From: Candidatus Woesearchaeota archaeon
Lineage (GTDB): Archaea; Nanobdellota; Nanobdellia; Woesearchaeales; UBA583
Length of the DNA: 64,000 bases
Direction: 5' to 3'
Assembly (NCBI GenBank): GCA_965205335.1
Contig: OZ242164.1
Coordinates: 640,001-704,000, forward strand
The translations under genes and the position numbers were made by a program. Under the pieces are notes generated by a model that saw only the letters and a program-made list of their open reading frames with translations, had not been told where the DNA came from and ran no database searches. Shown here piece by piece: positions 39,517 through 49,367 of this stretch. How positions within the stretch are numbered: position 1 is the stretch's first letter; the number at the start of each line of letters is the position of its first letter.

Positions 39517-42500
39517 TTACCCTACAAAGATTTGAACTATTGTATTAAAAACTCTCTCGAAAACAAATTTAATCTTATTGCTTGTAGCTTCATTTCCTAA
39601 ATCATCTACTGCTCTAAGTGACACATTAAACTCATCCTCATTTTTCCCAAACACTCTTTGTGAAATATCTAACTCAATAGTAAATTCACCTTTACTCTTT
39701 GGCTCTTTACTATTCTCTTGACAACAACCATTAATTAAAGTGGAAACTGAAACATCTCTATCAACTGTTCCATTTATTATAAACACATTAAAATTATCTG
39801 CAAACTGCACATCCGAGATATCAAACGGAATTCCACTCTGAGAAAGTCCTATTATTTCAATACTTAATGAATCATCCCGTGTTATAACTATCTCCTTCTC
39901 TGTTTCTTCCCCATCCCAATTTCTTGCATTCAAAGTAAACGAATTAGAACCTCTTGACAAATCAACAAAACACACAAAACTAAAATCATCAAAGTAACAA
40001 ATATCTCCATTTATAATTACATCCGTCAAAACAGATTTACTTGTTATCTGTCCCTGAACTACTCCCTTATCTGCATTTGTCAATAAATCATTCCCATTAA
40101 AATATATCTTGAAATCTATCTCCGCTCTTGTAGGATTTGCATTTAATGTATTTCTAAAATCTTTATATAAAGAATTCCCTGCCATATCTGAAACATTAAC
40201 ACTTATTCTTCTGCTTGTACCCCCATCAACAAAATAGCACTCATCATGCAAACTAATCCTCTCATAACCACTGCAACCACCTAAACTTGATGAATTTCCA
40301 TCTACTAATATACTCAGAGCATTTGCGTCAATATTTGAAAAAGTTCCATCAATTAACACATTAACTCCTCCTCCATTCGAAATAAAATATACCTTAGGTT
40401 TCATATTATCAACACTTATTATCTCTCCATACGAATCAAAAGGATTCCTACTTGACTCAATCCCTCTTAACAGAGGAGTTCTTATCCCTAACCAATCAAC
40501 TGGAGATAACTCAAACCTCTCATCACTAATAACAAAAGGATTTGAATTAGAAGCCTCATAACTATATATCAAAGAATTTGTCTCTTTGCTATATCCATCT
40601 ACCCTTCCAGAAATTAACTTAGAATACCTATCTAATTTCACATCATTTGATGAATCATCATAAAATATAGGTAAGACCTTTTTAATTGCATTATCTGAAA
40701 CATCATAACCCCTAACTCTCAAATCAGATCTGTTGGCTGGATTTGAAAAAATTGCTTCAAAATAATTACCATACAACACATAATTATTACTTCCACCCAC
40801 ACTTAAAGATGAATAATTAAACGAAGAATCTATTATCTGTCCTGAAACTCTTGCAAAAGAACCTTGCCCATAACTTGATTTATCAATATAATTCAACTTC
40901 AAAACAGGTCTCTCAATAGACGAATAATACTTAAAATTAGAAGTAAACACATCTCTATTTGAATTAATGTGTCTAAGTTCCAAATCTCCCGAGGGCTCAC
41001 TTATATTTAACCTTAAATCTACAGAATTATCAGACCTAATATTATAATCAACTACTTCTCTTCCATCTAACCTTATTGACTCAAATGCTATATTCTCAGA
41101 AAAATACAATACTAACCCATTCATTCCCTCTCCTAAGAATAGATGATTTCCTATCCTCTTTGATGACCTTCCATCAAAATCAATTCTCTCAATAGCAGTT
41201 AAACGAGGATTAATACTAAATGTCCCTGAAATAGAACTTAATTTTGATGCTCTATCTCTTGCTACAACTTCATAAGAATTCTCACTCTCTTGATAATTTT
41301 CCAAGTTTACCATATAATAATTTGACACTCTTTGAATTTTATTTGTACTAACCTTAACACCATTAATACTTACATTCATTGTTTCTAAATCCACACCAGT
41401 ATCATCTGTTATTTTGAAGACTAAATTATATGTACCATTTAAAAAAGAAGTACCAGATACCAATTCTATCTGTGGTTCTTGCGTATCATAATATATATAA
41501 CCTGAAATATATTCTCCATTATATCCTTCAATATAAACATAATTCTTCCCTGGCTTCAAATCGCTAATTTCTACAGAATAACTTCTATCCGAGAGAACTA
41601 CTGAATTAATATTCTCCCCATTTACATAAACATTTACAGGTAAGTCCATATTAGTATTTCCATTAATAGTTACAGTATCTTGCGAAACTATTTTGAAATC
41701 CTCTAACGGATTTGAAGTAAACCTGAAATTTACATTCAAATATGTTACATTTACAGAAGTTGAAGCATCCTTTGTTTTAATCTCTAAAATATTCTCTCCT
41801 TTATTTAACAGAACAAACCCTGCAAAAGTATTATCACCTGCTGAGAGAACCTTATTTCCATTAATATAAACAGGAACTCCCTTCTGTGTTGGACTACTTA
41901 ATGTTCCTTCAACATAGAAATTTCTCTTCTTTGAAAAATAACTATTATCACTTGCTTTAACAGTATTTGGCACTGAACTTAAATCAGAAATAGTAATGTT
42001 TTCTACATTCTGCTCATTTGAAGGAGATTCTTCTTCAAAGTAAATTATCCTCTCAATAGTATCAGATTTAATTCCATTTGTATTATTACTATAAAAATAA
42101 ACTAATGCTCTATTATTTGAATTTCTATTACTGAGTTCTAAACTAAACACTCCATTCTCATCAGGCCTTACCTCTCTAAGAACTTCCCCACTCTTGCTCT
42201 GGGCAACAACACTATACAATGGATTTGCATAACCCATAATTGTAATTGTGTTTGCATTAACTCTTAAACTTGGTTCAATTACAGGCGGTTTTGAATTTGA
42301 ATTATCAAATATAAACTCAAATTCCTTTACAGTATGATTCTTTCTCCTATTGTATGCTATCACTTCTAAAACATATACTCCCGGCTCTGTAAACGGATCT
42401 AAATTCTTAATTGAATTACTTTCTATTGAAACCTGAATTTCATTACCTCTGTTATTTTTATTAAATATTCTGGCATTAAAAGAATCCAAATCATTCTCAT

Positions 42501-42648
42501 CTGAAATGTCCAAATTAAAGATATTATATGGAGAGTCAAATATTATACACTCAGAATCATACGAGTCAATTTGGCAGTCTTGTGCATATAACGAAAAAAC
42601 GCAAAATAATGAAACTATTACAAAAACAGTATATATTCTTTTTAGCAT
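39517..42648 (-). CDS. Large secreted protein with multiple Ig-like beta domains
   Basis: Signal peptide; repeated L..G.N, D..GN and YD...P motifs. Confidence 0.8.
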   Translation of the reverse strand: MLKRIYTVFVIVSLFCVFSLYAQDCQIDSYDSECIIFDSPYNIFNLDISDENDLDSFNARIFNKNNRGNEIQVSIESNSIKNLDPFTEPGVYVLEVIAYNRRKNHTVKEFEFIFDNSNSKPPVIEPSLRVNANTITIMGYANPLYSVVAQSKSGEVLREVRPDENGVFSLELSNRNSNNRALVYFYSNNTNGIKSDTIERIIYFEEESPSNEQNVENITISDLSSVPNTVKASDNSYFSKKRNFYVEGTLSSPTQKGVPVYINGNKVLSAGDNTFAGFVLLNKGENILEIKTKDASTSVNVTYLNVNFRFTSNPLEDFKIVSQDTVTINGNTNMDLPVNVYVNGENINSVVLSDRSYSVEISDLKPGKNYVYIEGYNGEYISGYIYYDTQEPQIELVSGTSFLNGTYNLVFKITDDTGVDLETMNVSINGVKVSTNKIQRVSNYYMVNLENYQESENSYEVVARDRASKLSSISGTFSINPRLTAIERIDFDGRSSKRIGNHLFLGEGMNGLVLYFSENIAFESIRLDGREVVDYNIRSDNSVDLRLNISEPSGDLELRHINSNRDVFTSNFKYYSSIERPVLKLNYIDKSSYGQGSFARVSGQIIDSSFNYSSLSVGGSNNYVLYGNYFEAIFSNPANRSDLRVRGYDVSDNAIKKVLPIFYDDSSNDVKLDRYSKLISGRVDGYSKETNSLIYSYEASNSNPFVISDERFELSPVDWLGIRTPLLRGIESSRNPFDSYGEIISVDNMKPKVYFISNGGGVNVLIDGTFSNIDANALSILVDGNSSSLGGCSGYERISLHDECYFVDGGTSRRISVNVSDMAGNSLYKDFRNTLNANPTRAEIDFKIYFNGNDLLTNADKGVVQGQITSKSVLTDVIINGDICYFDDFSFVCFVDLSRGSNSFTLNARNWDGEETEKEIVITRDDSLSIEIIGLSQSGIPFDISDVQFADNFNVFIINGTVDRDVSVSTLINGCCQENSKEPKSKGEFTIELDISQRVFGKNEDEFNVSLRAVDDLGNEATSNKIKFVFERVFNTIVQIFVG

Positions 42649-42710
42649 AAGGCTTTATCTTCATCAATCTTAAAAAAATTAAGTATTAATAAAAAGTAGT
42701 AAAATAAAAA

Positions 42711-44519
42711 TTACAGATGTAATTCCTTTGCATTCAACACATCCTTTGCACTATCAAACAACCGGCCTGTTAGTTTTAGAGAATTTACTTTAGACACATC
42801 AGAAAATGAATCTTTGGATTGCTCAGAGTTTGTAAATCCCTCCCTTTTGTACTCATAGACCAAGTCATTAGCATAATCAATAAGATATATCTTATCATCA
42901 TAAGATAAAATTTCCGCTTGTTTTTTGCCATCATAAACCAAATTCAACTTCTTTCTATTAGTCTCCAATAACGCATTTGACTCTCTTAAATTCTTAATCT
43001 CAGACATAACATTTCTTAACTCTTTAAGAACCTTGTTTACCTCAGTTACTGTAATCTTTCCCTCATCATAATCTGCCTTTGCCTTAATAATGTCCTTTAG
43101 AGCTGTTTTTGTAAACACTGAAACTTTACCCGTCTGAACATAATCCTCTCTGAATTTCTCAAATAAATCACTCTCAGACAGACCACTATAACCAGGAAGA
43201 TCAGCCAATTGCTTAATTAACTCATTATATGAAGTAGATACGGATTCCTTTGTTCGGCTCTCTGAAATCTCTTCAAATATCTTTTTGATATTTTTTAAAT
43301 AATCTTCCGAATTTTTAATCAATCTATCTAAATCCTTTCCTTTAATCTCAAAAGATTTATCATGTTCAATCTTCTTAAACAAACCAATTGTCTCTTCCAA
43401 TGTGTCAACATCTTTTTTGGAAACAATCTTTTCCTTTTCTAAAAGCACACTTTTAAACATTCTAACTGTTTCCTTTGGTGTTGTGGGATTAAATCCCTTG
43501 AGCATTAAAATTGCCTGTGAAGGTGATAAAACCGCGCTATATATATCATTTACAACTATATCTGTAAAAATTTTCTTTGCCCTCTCAATTAATTGAGTTC
43601 CAACATTCATATGCATATCAATAGCCTCAGGCGAAGGTCTGATCTTTCCAAGTTTTAGAAGTTCTTTCCATGCGGAATAAATTCCCCTATCATAAAATGG
43701 AACTCCATCTCTTAGAAAAGTAAACATTACTGGATGAGCATCCTTTAAAGCATCCCAGAAATCAGTTAAAAGATACACCTGAATATGAATATTAATCCCT
43801 GTAAGAGCACTAACTTCTCTTGCCATCTGCCAGATAATCTTCGTCAGTTGATCCTTTACCTGAAATCTTGGCATCCTCTTAACATCCGTATCATCAATTA
43901 CAACAAACACATCAAAATCATTAGATTTTTCTCCGCGAAGCCACGAACCTGCTCCTGCATACACTACCACATACTTCTCAAACTTTTGCAAAAGCATGTT
44001 TCTGTGAATATCAATTGTTTTCAGTGCCGAAATAAATCCCCTTGAATCCTCAAAAATAAAAGAAGTTCCCAATCTCTTCAAATCATCATAAATACCATCA
44101 AAGCAGTTCTCTCTAATTATTGAAATACTTGTTCCAAAAAACTTTACGTTTTTATCTGATTTTAAAGTATACTCAAAATACTCATGATCATAACCATCTC
44201 TCTTCCTCTCCTCAACTAAAAATTTATCAAACTTATCTTTAAGAATAATTCTGGGATCAAAAAAAGGAATTGGTTTCTCAAAATCATCAAGAAGAAAATT
44301 TAGAGTTAACTTATCAAAATTTGGCTGTGGGACATTATTTTTAATCTCCATCTGAGGGGATAAGTAAAACCCCATAGACTTACCTTTTGAATTAGCATTT
44401 ATTGCATCTACAACTGCTTTAAATGCCTTCTCCTTTGACTTTAACTTGGATTTAATCTGAGGTGGTAACTTCTCAATCTCTTTCTCAAATAAAAATTTCT
44501 GCTCTGATTCTTCCTTCAT
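42711..44519 (-). CDS. Nucleotidyltransferase (Pol-beta/MNT) plus HEPN-like multidomain protein
   Basis: GSWLRGEKSNDFDVFVVIDD; helical domain ending FKKIEH. Confidence 0.85.
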   Translation of the reverse strand: MKEESEQKFLFEKEIEKLPPQIKSKLKSKEKAFKAVVDAINANSKGKSMGFYLSPQMEIKNNVPQPNFDKLTLNFLLDDFEKPIPFFDPRIILKDKFDKFLVEERKRDGYDHEYFEYTLKSDKNVKFFGTSISIIRENCFDGIYDDLKRLGTSFIFEDSRGFISALKTIDIHRNMLLQKFEKYVVVYAGAGSWLRGEKSNDFDVFVVIDDTDVKRMPRFQVKDQLTKIIWQMAREVSALTGINIHIQVYLLTDFWDALKDAHPVMFTFLRDGVPFYDRGIYSAWKELLKLGKIRPSPEAIDMHMNVGTQLIERAKKIFTDIVVNDIYSAVLSPSQAILMLKGFNPTTPKETVRMFKSVLLEKEKIVSKKDVDTLEETIGLFKKIEHDKSFEIKGKDLDRLIKNSEDYLKNIKKIFEEISESRTKESVSTSYNELIKQLADLPGYSGLSESDLFEKFREDYVQTGKVSVFTKTALKDIIKAKADYDEGKITVTEVNKVLKELRNVMSEIKNLRESNALLETNRKKLNLVYDGKKQAEILSYDDKIYLIDYANDLVYEYKREGFTNSEQSKDSFSDVSKVNSLKLTGRLFDSAKDVLNAKELHL

Positions 44520-44691
44520 TTACAATTAAAAGTAGAAGTCATCCTTTTATAAGTTTTTTGTGTTTTTTCAATAGATACTTTAAAAAATTAGAAAAATAAT
44601 CCAATTTCAGATAGAATTCTATAATTATAATTAAATTACTTACTCTTAGATTAAACAACTTATTTAAATTAATAAAGTTTCAATTCTTTGT

Positions 44692-45207
44692 ATGACCCTA
44701 AAGTTAGAACTTTCCAAAATAAGAAATTCATTTTCTAAAGTTAGAGAGGATATGCTGTTTCTATCTAAACAGGTATCTGAAAACTATGACCACTTTTTAA
44801 ATGAGCACTCTAAGATTGAGAAAAAGATAACGGAACTATCTGATGAGGTAAAAGAGCATATTAATAGTATTAAAAGAAATCATATTCATGCCCCAAACCC
44901 CAATATAACAGAAATTAATCATATAAAAGAACAGATTAAAGAATTAAAAGAAGAAGTTTCAAACACACACAAAGAGCACTTCAATCTCTCAAAAGTTTTA
45001 GAAGATATTAGCAAAAATAAAAAAAATATAAAAGAAATAAAAGAAAAACTGCATTCAAGTGAACTTGAGATATTTCTGCTTAAAGAGAAATTATCAGAGA
45101 AAGACATAGAAATTAAGCAGTTAAAAGATGTTTCTAAAACAATTTTTAATATTGTCGATGAGTTATCAAAAGTTGAACTTGAGATGCTCAATGTTAAAAG
45201 TAAATAA
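44692..45207 (+). CDS. Coiled-coil hypothetical protein
   Basis: Heptad-rich; KIRNSFSKVREDM N-terminus; stop 2 bp before the next gene. Confidence 0.75.
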   Translation: MTLKLELSKIRNSFSKVREDMLFLSKQVSENYDHFLNEHSKIEKKITELSDEVKEHINSIKRNHIHAPNPNITEINHIKEQIKELKEEVSNTHKEHFNLSKVLEDISKNKKNIKEIKEKLHSSELEIFLLKEKLSEKDIEIKQLKDVSKTIFNIVDELSKVELEMLNVKSK

Positions 45208-45209
45208 GG

Positions 45210-46037
45210 ATGGACTTTGAGCAGAAAAGAAGGATGAGTAGAAACGAGGAGAAATATCATATAGAGAACCTAAAAATTGCTCGTGAATTCTCCAAAGAAA
45301 TCTTAAAAGAATTCAACGAACTCGTAAGAGCAATTGTTTTATTTGGTTCAAATACTCACGACACTTTAAAGAAGAATTCAGACATTGATGTTATGATTGT
45401 TTTAGATAATGTTTCCGTTTTTGTATCTCCTGAACTTCGTGAAGCATACTCAATTATAACAAAAAAACTTAATGCAAGTGTTGGAAAAAACAAAATTCAT
45501 ATAATGACGATGAACCTATCTGATTTGTGGGATATGTGCCGCAGAGGAGACCCAGTTATGATTAACGTTTTGCGTTACGGACTTCCAATATTTGATAGAG
45601 ATTTAATTGAACCACTTCAATATCTTCTCGAAATAGGAAGAATAAGACCAACCAGAGAAAGTATCTATAATTATATGGCAAGATCCCAAACCCTTTTAGA
45701 TGAAACAAACAAACACATTCAAAGTGGGGTTTTAGATTTGTATTACTCATTAATTGATATGGTACACGCAACTCTTATGTCATTTGGAAAAGCCCCTCCA
45801 TCCCCTAAAGAAATGCCCAAAATCTTTGTCAAGACATTTAAAAATAACAAAAAATTATCTGCTTACTCAAAAGATATTGATGAGATATATAAGATTGGAA
45901 AAGATGTTGAACACAGGAAATGTGAACTAAGTGGCTCTGAACTTGACAGACTGAAAAAAAAAGTTTCTAAAATTGTTAATAATCTAAAAAAAATAGTAGA
46001 TAGCGAAATCTCTAAAAAAGACCAGTTTGAATTGTAG
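45210..46037 (+). CDS. Nucleotidyltransferase (MNT)-HEPN-like fusion
   Basis: LFGS...SDIDVMIVLD; helical domain ending GKDVEH. Confidence 0.88.
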   Translation: MDFEQKRRMSRNEEKYHIENLKIAREFSKEILKEFNELVRAIVLFGSNTHDTLKKNSDIDVMIVLDNVSVFVSPELREAYSIITKKLNASVGKNKIHIMTMNLSDLWDMCRRGDPVMINVLRYGLPIFDRDLIEPLQYLLEIGRIRPTRESIYNYMARSQTLLDETNKHIQSGVLDLYYSLIDMVHATLMSFGKAPPSPKEMPKIFVKTFKNNKKLSAYSKDIDEIYKIGKDVEHRKCELSGSELDRLKKKVSKIVNNLKKIVDSEISKKDQFEL

Positions 46038-46095
46038 AGAATAATTCTGAATTTTTTAATTATAAAAGAACTTAGGTATTACTTCTAAACTGTTC

Positions 46096-46272
46096 CTATG
46101 ATTTGCGTTTATGATAGGTTGGGAGACGATTTAACCCTATTATTCCTCCCAAAATTGCTCCTAAAACTCCTAAGAGTACTCCTAAGTCTGCTCTAAAAAA
46201 TATCCTTCATAACATTCCAAAAATCACTGCTCCTAAAACCGCCCCCATTATTATATACATTATTAGTTTCAT
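46096..46272 (-). pseudogene. Small glycine-zipper membrane protein with in-frame TGA
   Basis: MKLIMYIIMGAVLGAVIFGML*RIFFRADLGVLLGVLGAILGGIIGLNRLPTYHKRKS*. Confidence 0.6.
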
Positions 46273-46372
46273 ATTTCATCTACTCTTAAATCTTTTATTT
46301 GTTCTTTGTATTTAGAAAATTTCATTCATAAAAATAGGATGCTTGTGTTTTTTATAAAACTATTCTATGGAA

Positions 46373-46500
46373 GGCTCTGTCCGAAAATTGTTTTTTCCAA
46401 AATCTATGCTAACTATCTTCAATCAAAGAAAAAAATTATTTGTCAAAAATTGTTTTATTAATACAATATTTTAAGTTCTCTTGAATTTTCGGACAGAGCC
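46373..46500 (+). mobile_element. 128-bp MITE, copy 3
   Basis: Perfect 17-bp TIR GGCTCTGTCCGAAAATT; TSD CTATGGAA at 46365-46372 and 46501-46508. Confidence 0.95.
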
Positions 46501-46662
46501 CTATGGAAAATCTTTCTATTTTGGTTTAATTTCCATTTTCTCAGTATCCTTCTTTTTCTTTTTTCTAATTTTAATGGGAATTATGTTAAGGAAAAAAATA
46601 AAAACAAAGAGTTATTTTTTACATAGTAAAGAAAAGATTTTTCCAAGTCTTGAACTAGATAA

Positions 46663-47595
46663 ATGCCATATGAATTTAAAATTGATGAGAAATATGAAGG
46701 TATCTCTCCAAAGAATTTTCTGAAAAAGAAAATAGACTGCAGTTATGATTCTATATTCAAATACATTAAAGATAAAAGAATAACTCTTAACAAGAAGAAG
46801 ATTAAAAGTGACATTAAATTAAAAAAAGGAGATATTATCAAAGTATGGCTTGATACCATCCCAAAAAAAGAAGAAAAAGAAGAATTAGTAAAAAGAATAT
46901 CAAAGAATTTGAAAATCTCGATGATTTACCAAAATAAAGATTTTCTAGTTTTAAATAAATCTGCTGGTGTTGTCGTTCAGGGAGCACAGGATAATCCTAC
47001 CTCCCTATCGTATCATCTTGAATACCTACGCCAAAAAGACAAAGGAAGTGAGAATTACTTTCATGTTCACAGATTAGACAAAGATACATCAGGGGTTTTG
47101 GTTTGTTCTAAAAATATTATCTCTTGCAGGAATCTAAACAAGGTTTTTCGCGACAAAGATATGAAAAAAATTTATGTCTGTCTGTGCTATGGAAAATTTA
47201 AAAATAAAAAGGGCAGAATTGAAGTTAATTTAGAGAGAACTCCTCCTGAAGTTAGAGAGAAAGTTGTTGTTTCAAAATCAGGAAAATACTCTTTGAGTTC
47301 ATACAATGTAATTCGTGAATACAAATTCAAAGGAGATGTCTACTCTCTTGTTGAAGTTAGCATTAAAACAGGAGTAACCCATCAGATAAGAGTTCACATG
47401 AAATACATCAACCATCCAATTGTCTGTGATAAAATGTATGGCAATTCATTTGTAAACAATAATTTTAAACGAATACTTAACAGACAGTTTTTGCATGCTA
47501 AGATTTTAGAATTTAAATACAATGATAAAAAATATTCTTTTGATGCCCCGCTAACTGACGATTTGAAGAAAGTAATACAGGTTTTAACAAAGTAA
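46663..47595 (+). CDS. RluA/RluD family pseudouridine synthase with S4 domain
   Basis: LNKSAG, VHRLDKDTSG, TGVTHQIRVH, QFLHA. Confidence 0.95.
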   Translation: MPYEFKIDEKYEGISPKNFLKKKIDCSYDSIFKYIKDKRITLNKKKIKSDIKLKKGDIIKVWLDTIPKKEEKEELVKRISKNLKISMIYQNKDFLVLNKSAGVVVQGAQDNPTSLSYHLEYLRQKDKGSENYFHVHRLDKDTSGVLVCSKNIISCRNLNKVFRDKDMKKIYVCLCYGKFKNKKGRIEVNLERTPPEVREKVVVSKSGKYSLSSYNVIREYKFKGDVYSLVEVSIKTGVTHQIRVHMKYINHPIVCDKMYGNSFVNNNFKRILNRQFLHAKILEFKYNDKKYSFDAPLTDDLKKVIQVLTK

Positions 47596-47633
47596 CAACA
47601 AAAATTTATAATTGAGTTAGATAAACTTTTTTT

Positions 47634-48628
47634 ATGAAGATAGCATATTTTGAACTTGAAATGTGGCAGGAAAAATTCCCAAAAGATGAATATATTTGTT
47701 TTAAGAAACCTCTTTTGAAAAGTCACATTAAAAAAATTTCCGACTGTGATATTCTTGTTGTGTTTATCTACTCCAAGATCAACTCAGAAATTATTAACAA
47801 GATGCCAAAATTAAAATTAATCTGTACCATGTCAACTGGGTTCGATCATATTGATATTGAGTATGCTAAGAGTAGAAGAATCAAAGTATGTAACGTTCCT
47901 TCATATGGCGAGAACACTGTTGCTGAACACACCTTCTCATTAATTCTTGCTTTGTCACGAAAATTATACCCTTCTATTAAGAGAACTCATGAGGAAAAGA
48001 GATTTGAAACAGATATTAGTCTTAGAGGTTTTGACTTGAAAGGAAAAACTCTTGGCCTTATAGGTGGAGGAAATATTGGACTGAATGTTGCAAAAATTGC
48101 CAAAGCTTTCGATATGAAAATTTTAGTTTTTGATATATATAAAGATAAAAACGCTTCAAAGAAGATTGGCTTTGAGTATGTTTCCATGAACATGCTTTTA
48201 AAAAAGTCCGATGTTATCTCTTTACATGTTCCATACAATAAACGCACTCATCACATGATTAACAAAGAAAATATTTCAAAATGAAAGATGACGTAGTAAT
48301 TGTTAATACATCCAGAGGTGGTATTATTGACACTTCTGCTCTTTTAAAGGCGTTAGCAACTAAGAAAATTCAAGGTTGCGCCTTAGATGTTTTAGAGGAG
48401 GAATGTGACGTTTTAGAAGAGAGTTCCGTATTATTTGATGAATTCAAAAAGTCCTGTAATCTAAAAACCATTTTAGAAAATCATAAACTAATGAAAATGA
48501 ACAACGTAGTAATCACTCCTCACAATGCATTTAACTCATACGAAGCTCTTTTAAGAATTTTGAATACAACCATTGACAATATTAAAAGGTTCAAGAAAAA
48601 GAAAAGAATTATTACACAAAGAATGTAA
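47634..48628 (+). pseudogene. D-2-hydroxyacid (D-lactate) dehydrogenase split by a frameshift at ~48281
   Basis: STGFDHID, VAEH, GGGNIG, SLHVP | NTSRG, LDVLEEE, TPHNAF; halves overlap at ATGA. Confidence 0.88.
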
Positions 48629-48714
48629 AACCTTATTCCTATATGAAAAATTTGCATTAAGTTTATAAATAATAATTTACTACTGTTAAATAATAATGAC
48701 TTTAGAATTGGGAA

Positions 48715-49254
48715 TTGGGAATTGGTATTGAGGATGTGGAACAACACACAAGTATAGAAAAAGCAGAAGAGAGGACATATCCCAAAAAATCTCCTTATGT
48801 GAAAATACAACATCTTGGCTTAATGGGAATAATGGATTGGATTTCTAATTCCAATATATTTAAAGAATTGTATAATCCCAGTAAACCACCATACATTTCT
48901 TTCGATCAAAAGAGAATATTACTAAAAGGATTTGAAGCAGAATTAAAAATTATGTTCTCATATATAGGATATGATAGTAAAAAGATTACTACAAATATAG
49001 ATACTAAGGATCTTAATATAATATTTACCCGAAGAAGAACTTTAGGTTTAGGTCCGGCAGATGAGAGTATTGAGTTTTCACTCACAAATTTTGATGTAAA
49101 GAATAAACATCAATTAGCAAGAGAAATTCTGGATGTGTTAAGAGACTCCAGACTTGTCCGTTATTCTAATGAGAATAAATTACAAGAAAGAATAGATTCG
49201 ATGGAGGAAATCACTCTCAAAAGAAGAGAAGATATATGGGTTTACAGCATCTAA
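48715..49254 (+). CDS. Hypothetical protein
   Basis: 179-aa ORF; start uncertain (TTG within a GAATTGG x3 repeat). Confidence 0.5.
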   Translation: MGIGIEDVEQHTSIEKAEERTYPKKSPYVKIQHLGLMGIMDWISNSNIFKELYNPSKPPYISFDQKRILLKGFEAELKIMFSYIGYDSKKITTNIDTKDLNIIFTRRRTLGLGPADESIEFSLTNFDVKNKHQLAREILDVLRDSRLVRYSNENKLQERIDSMEEITLKRREDIWVYSI

Positions 49255-49367
49255 CAGAACATTAATAAATTAGATACAATAAAATTTTATATAAGGGGAT
49301 TCCTAACAAGTATACTTATTACATAGTTAAAACCAATTTGTTTATAGAACCAAGTAAAATCTTTTCT

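Noticed and set aside
3486-46210. Stop-codon reassignment as an explanation for in-frame stops
   Set aside because: Core genes terminate normally with TAA, TAG and TGA and contain no internal stops
46481-46723. 80-aa ORF starting inside MITE copy 3
   Set aside because: Begins in the TIR, low complexity, overlaps the rluA start
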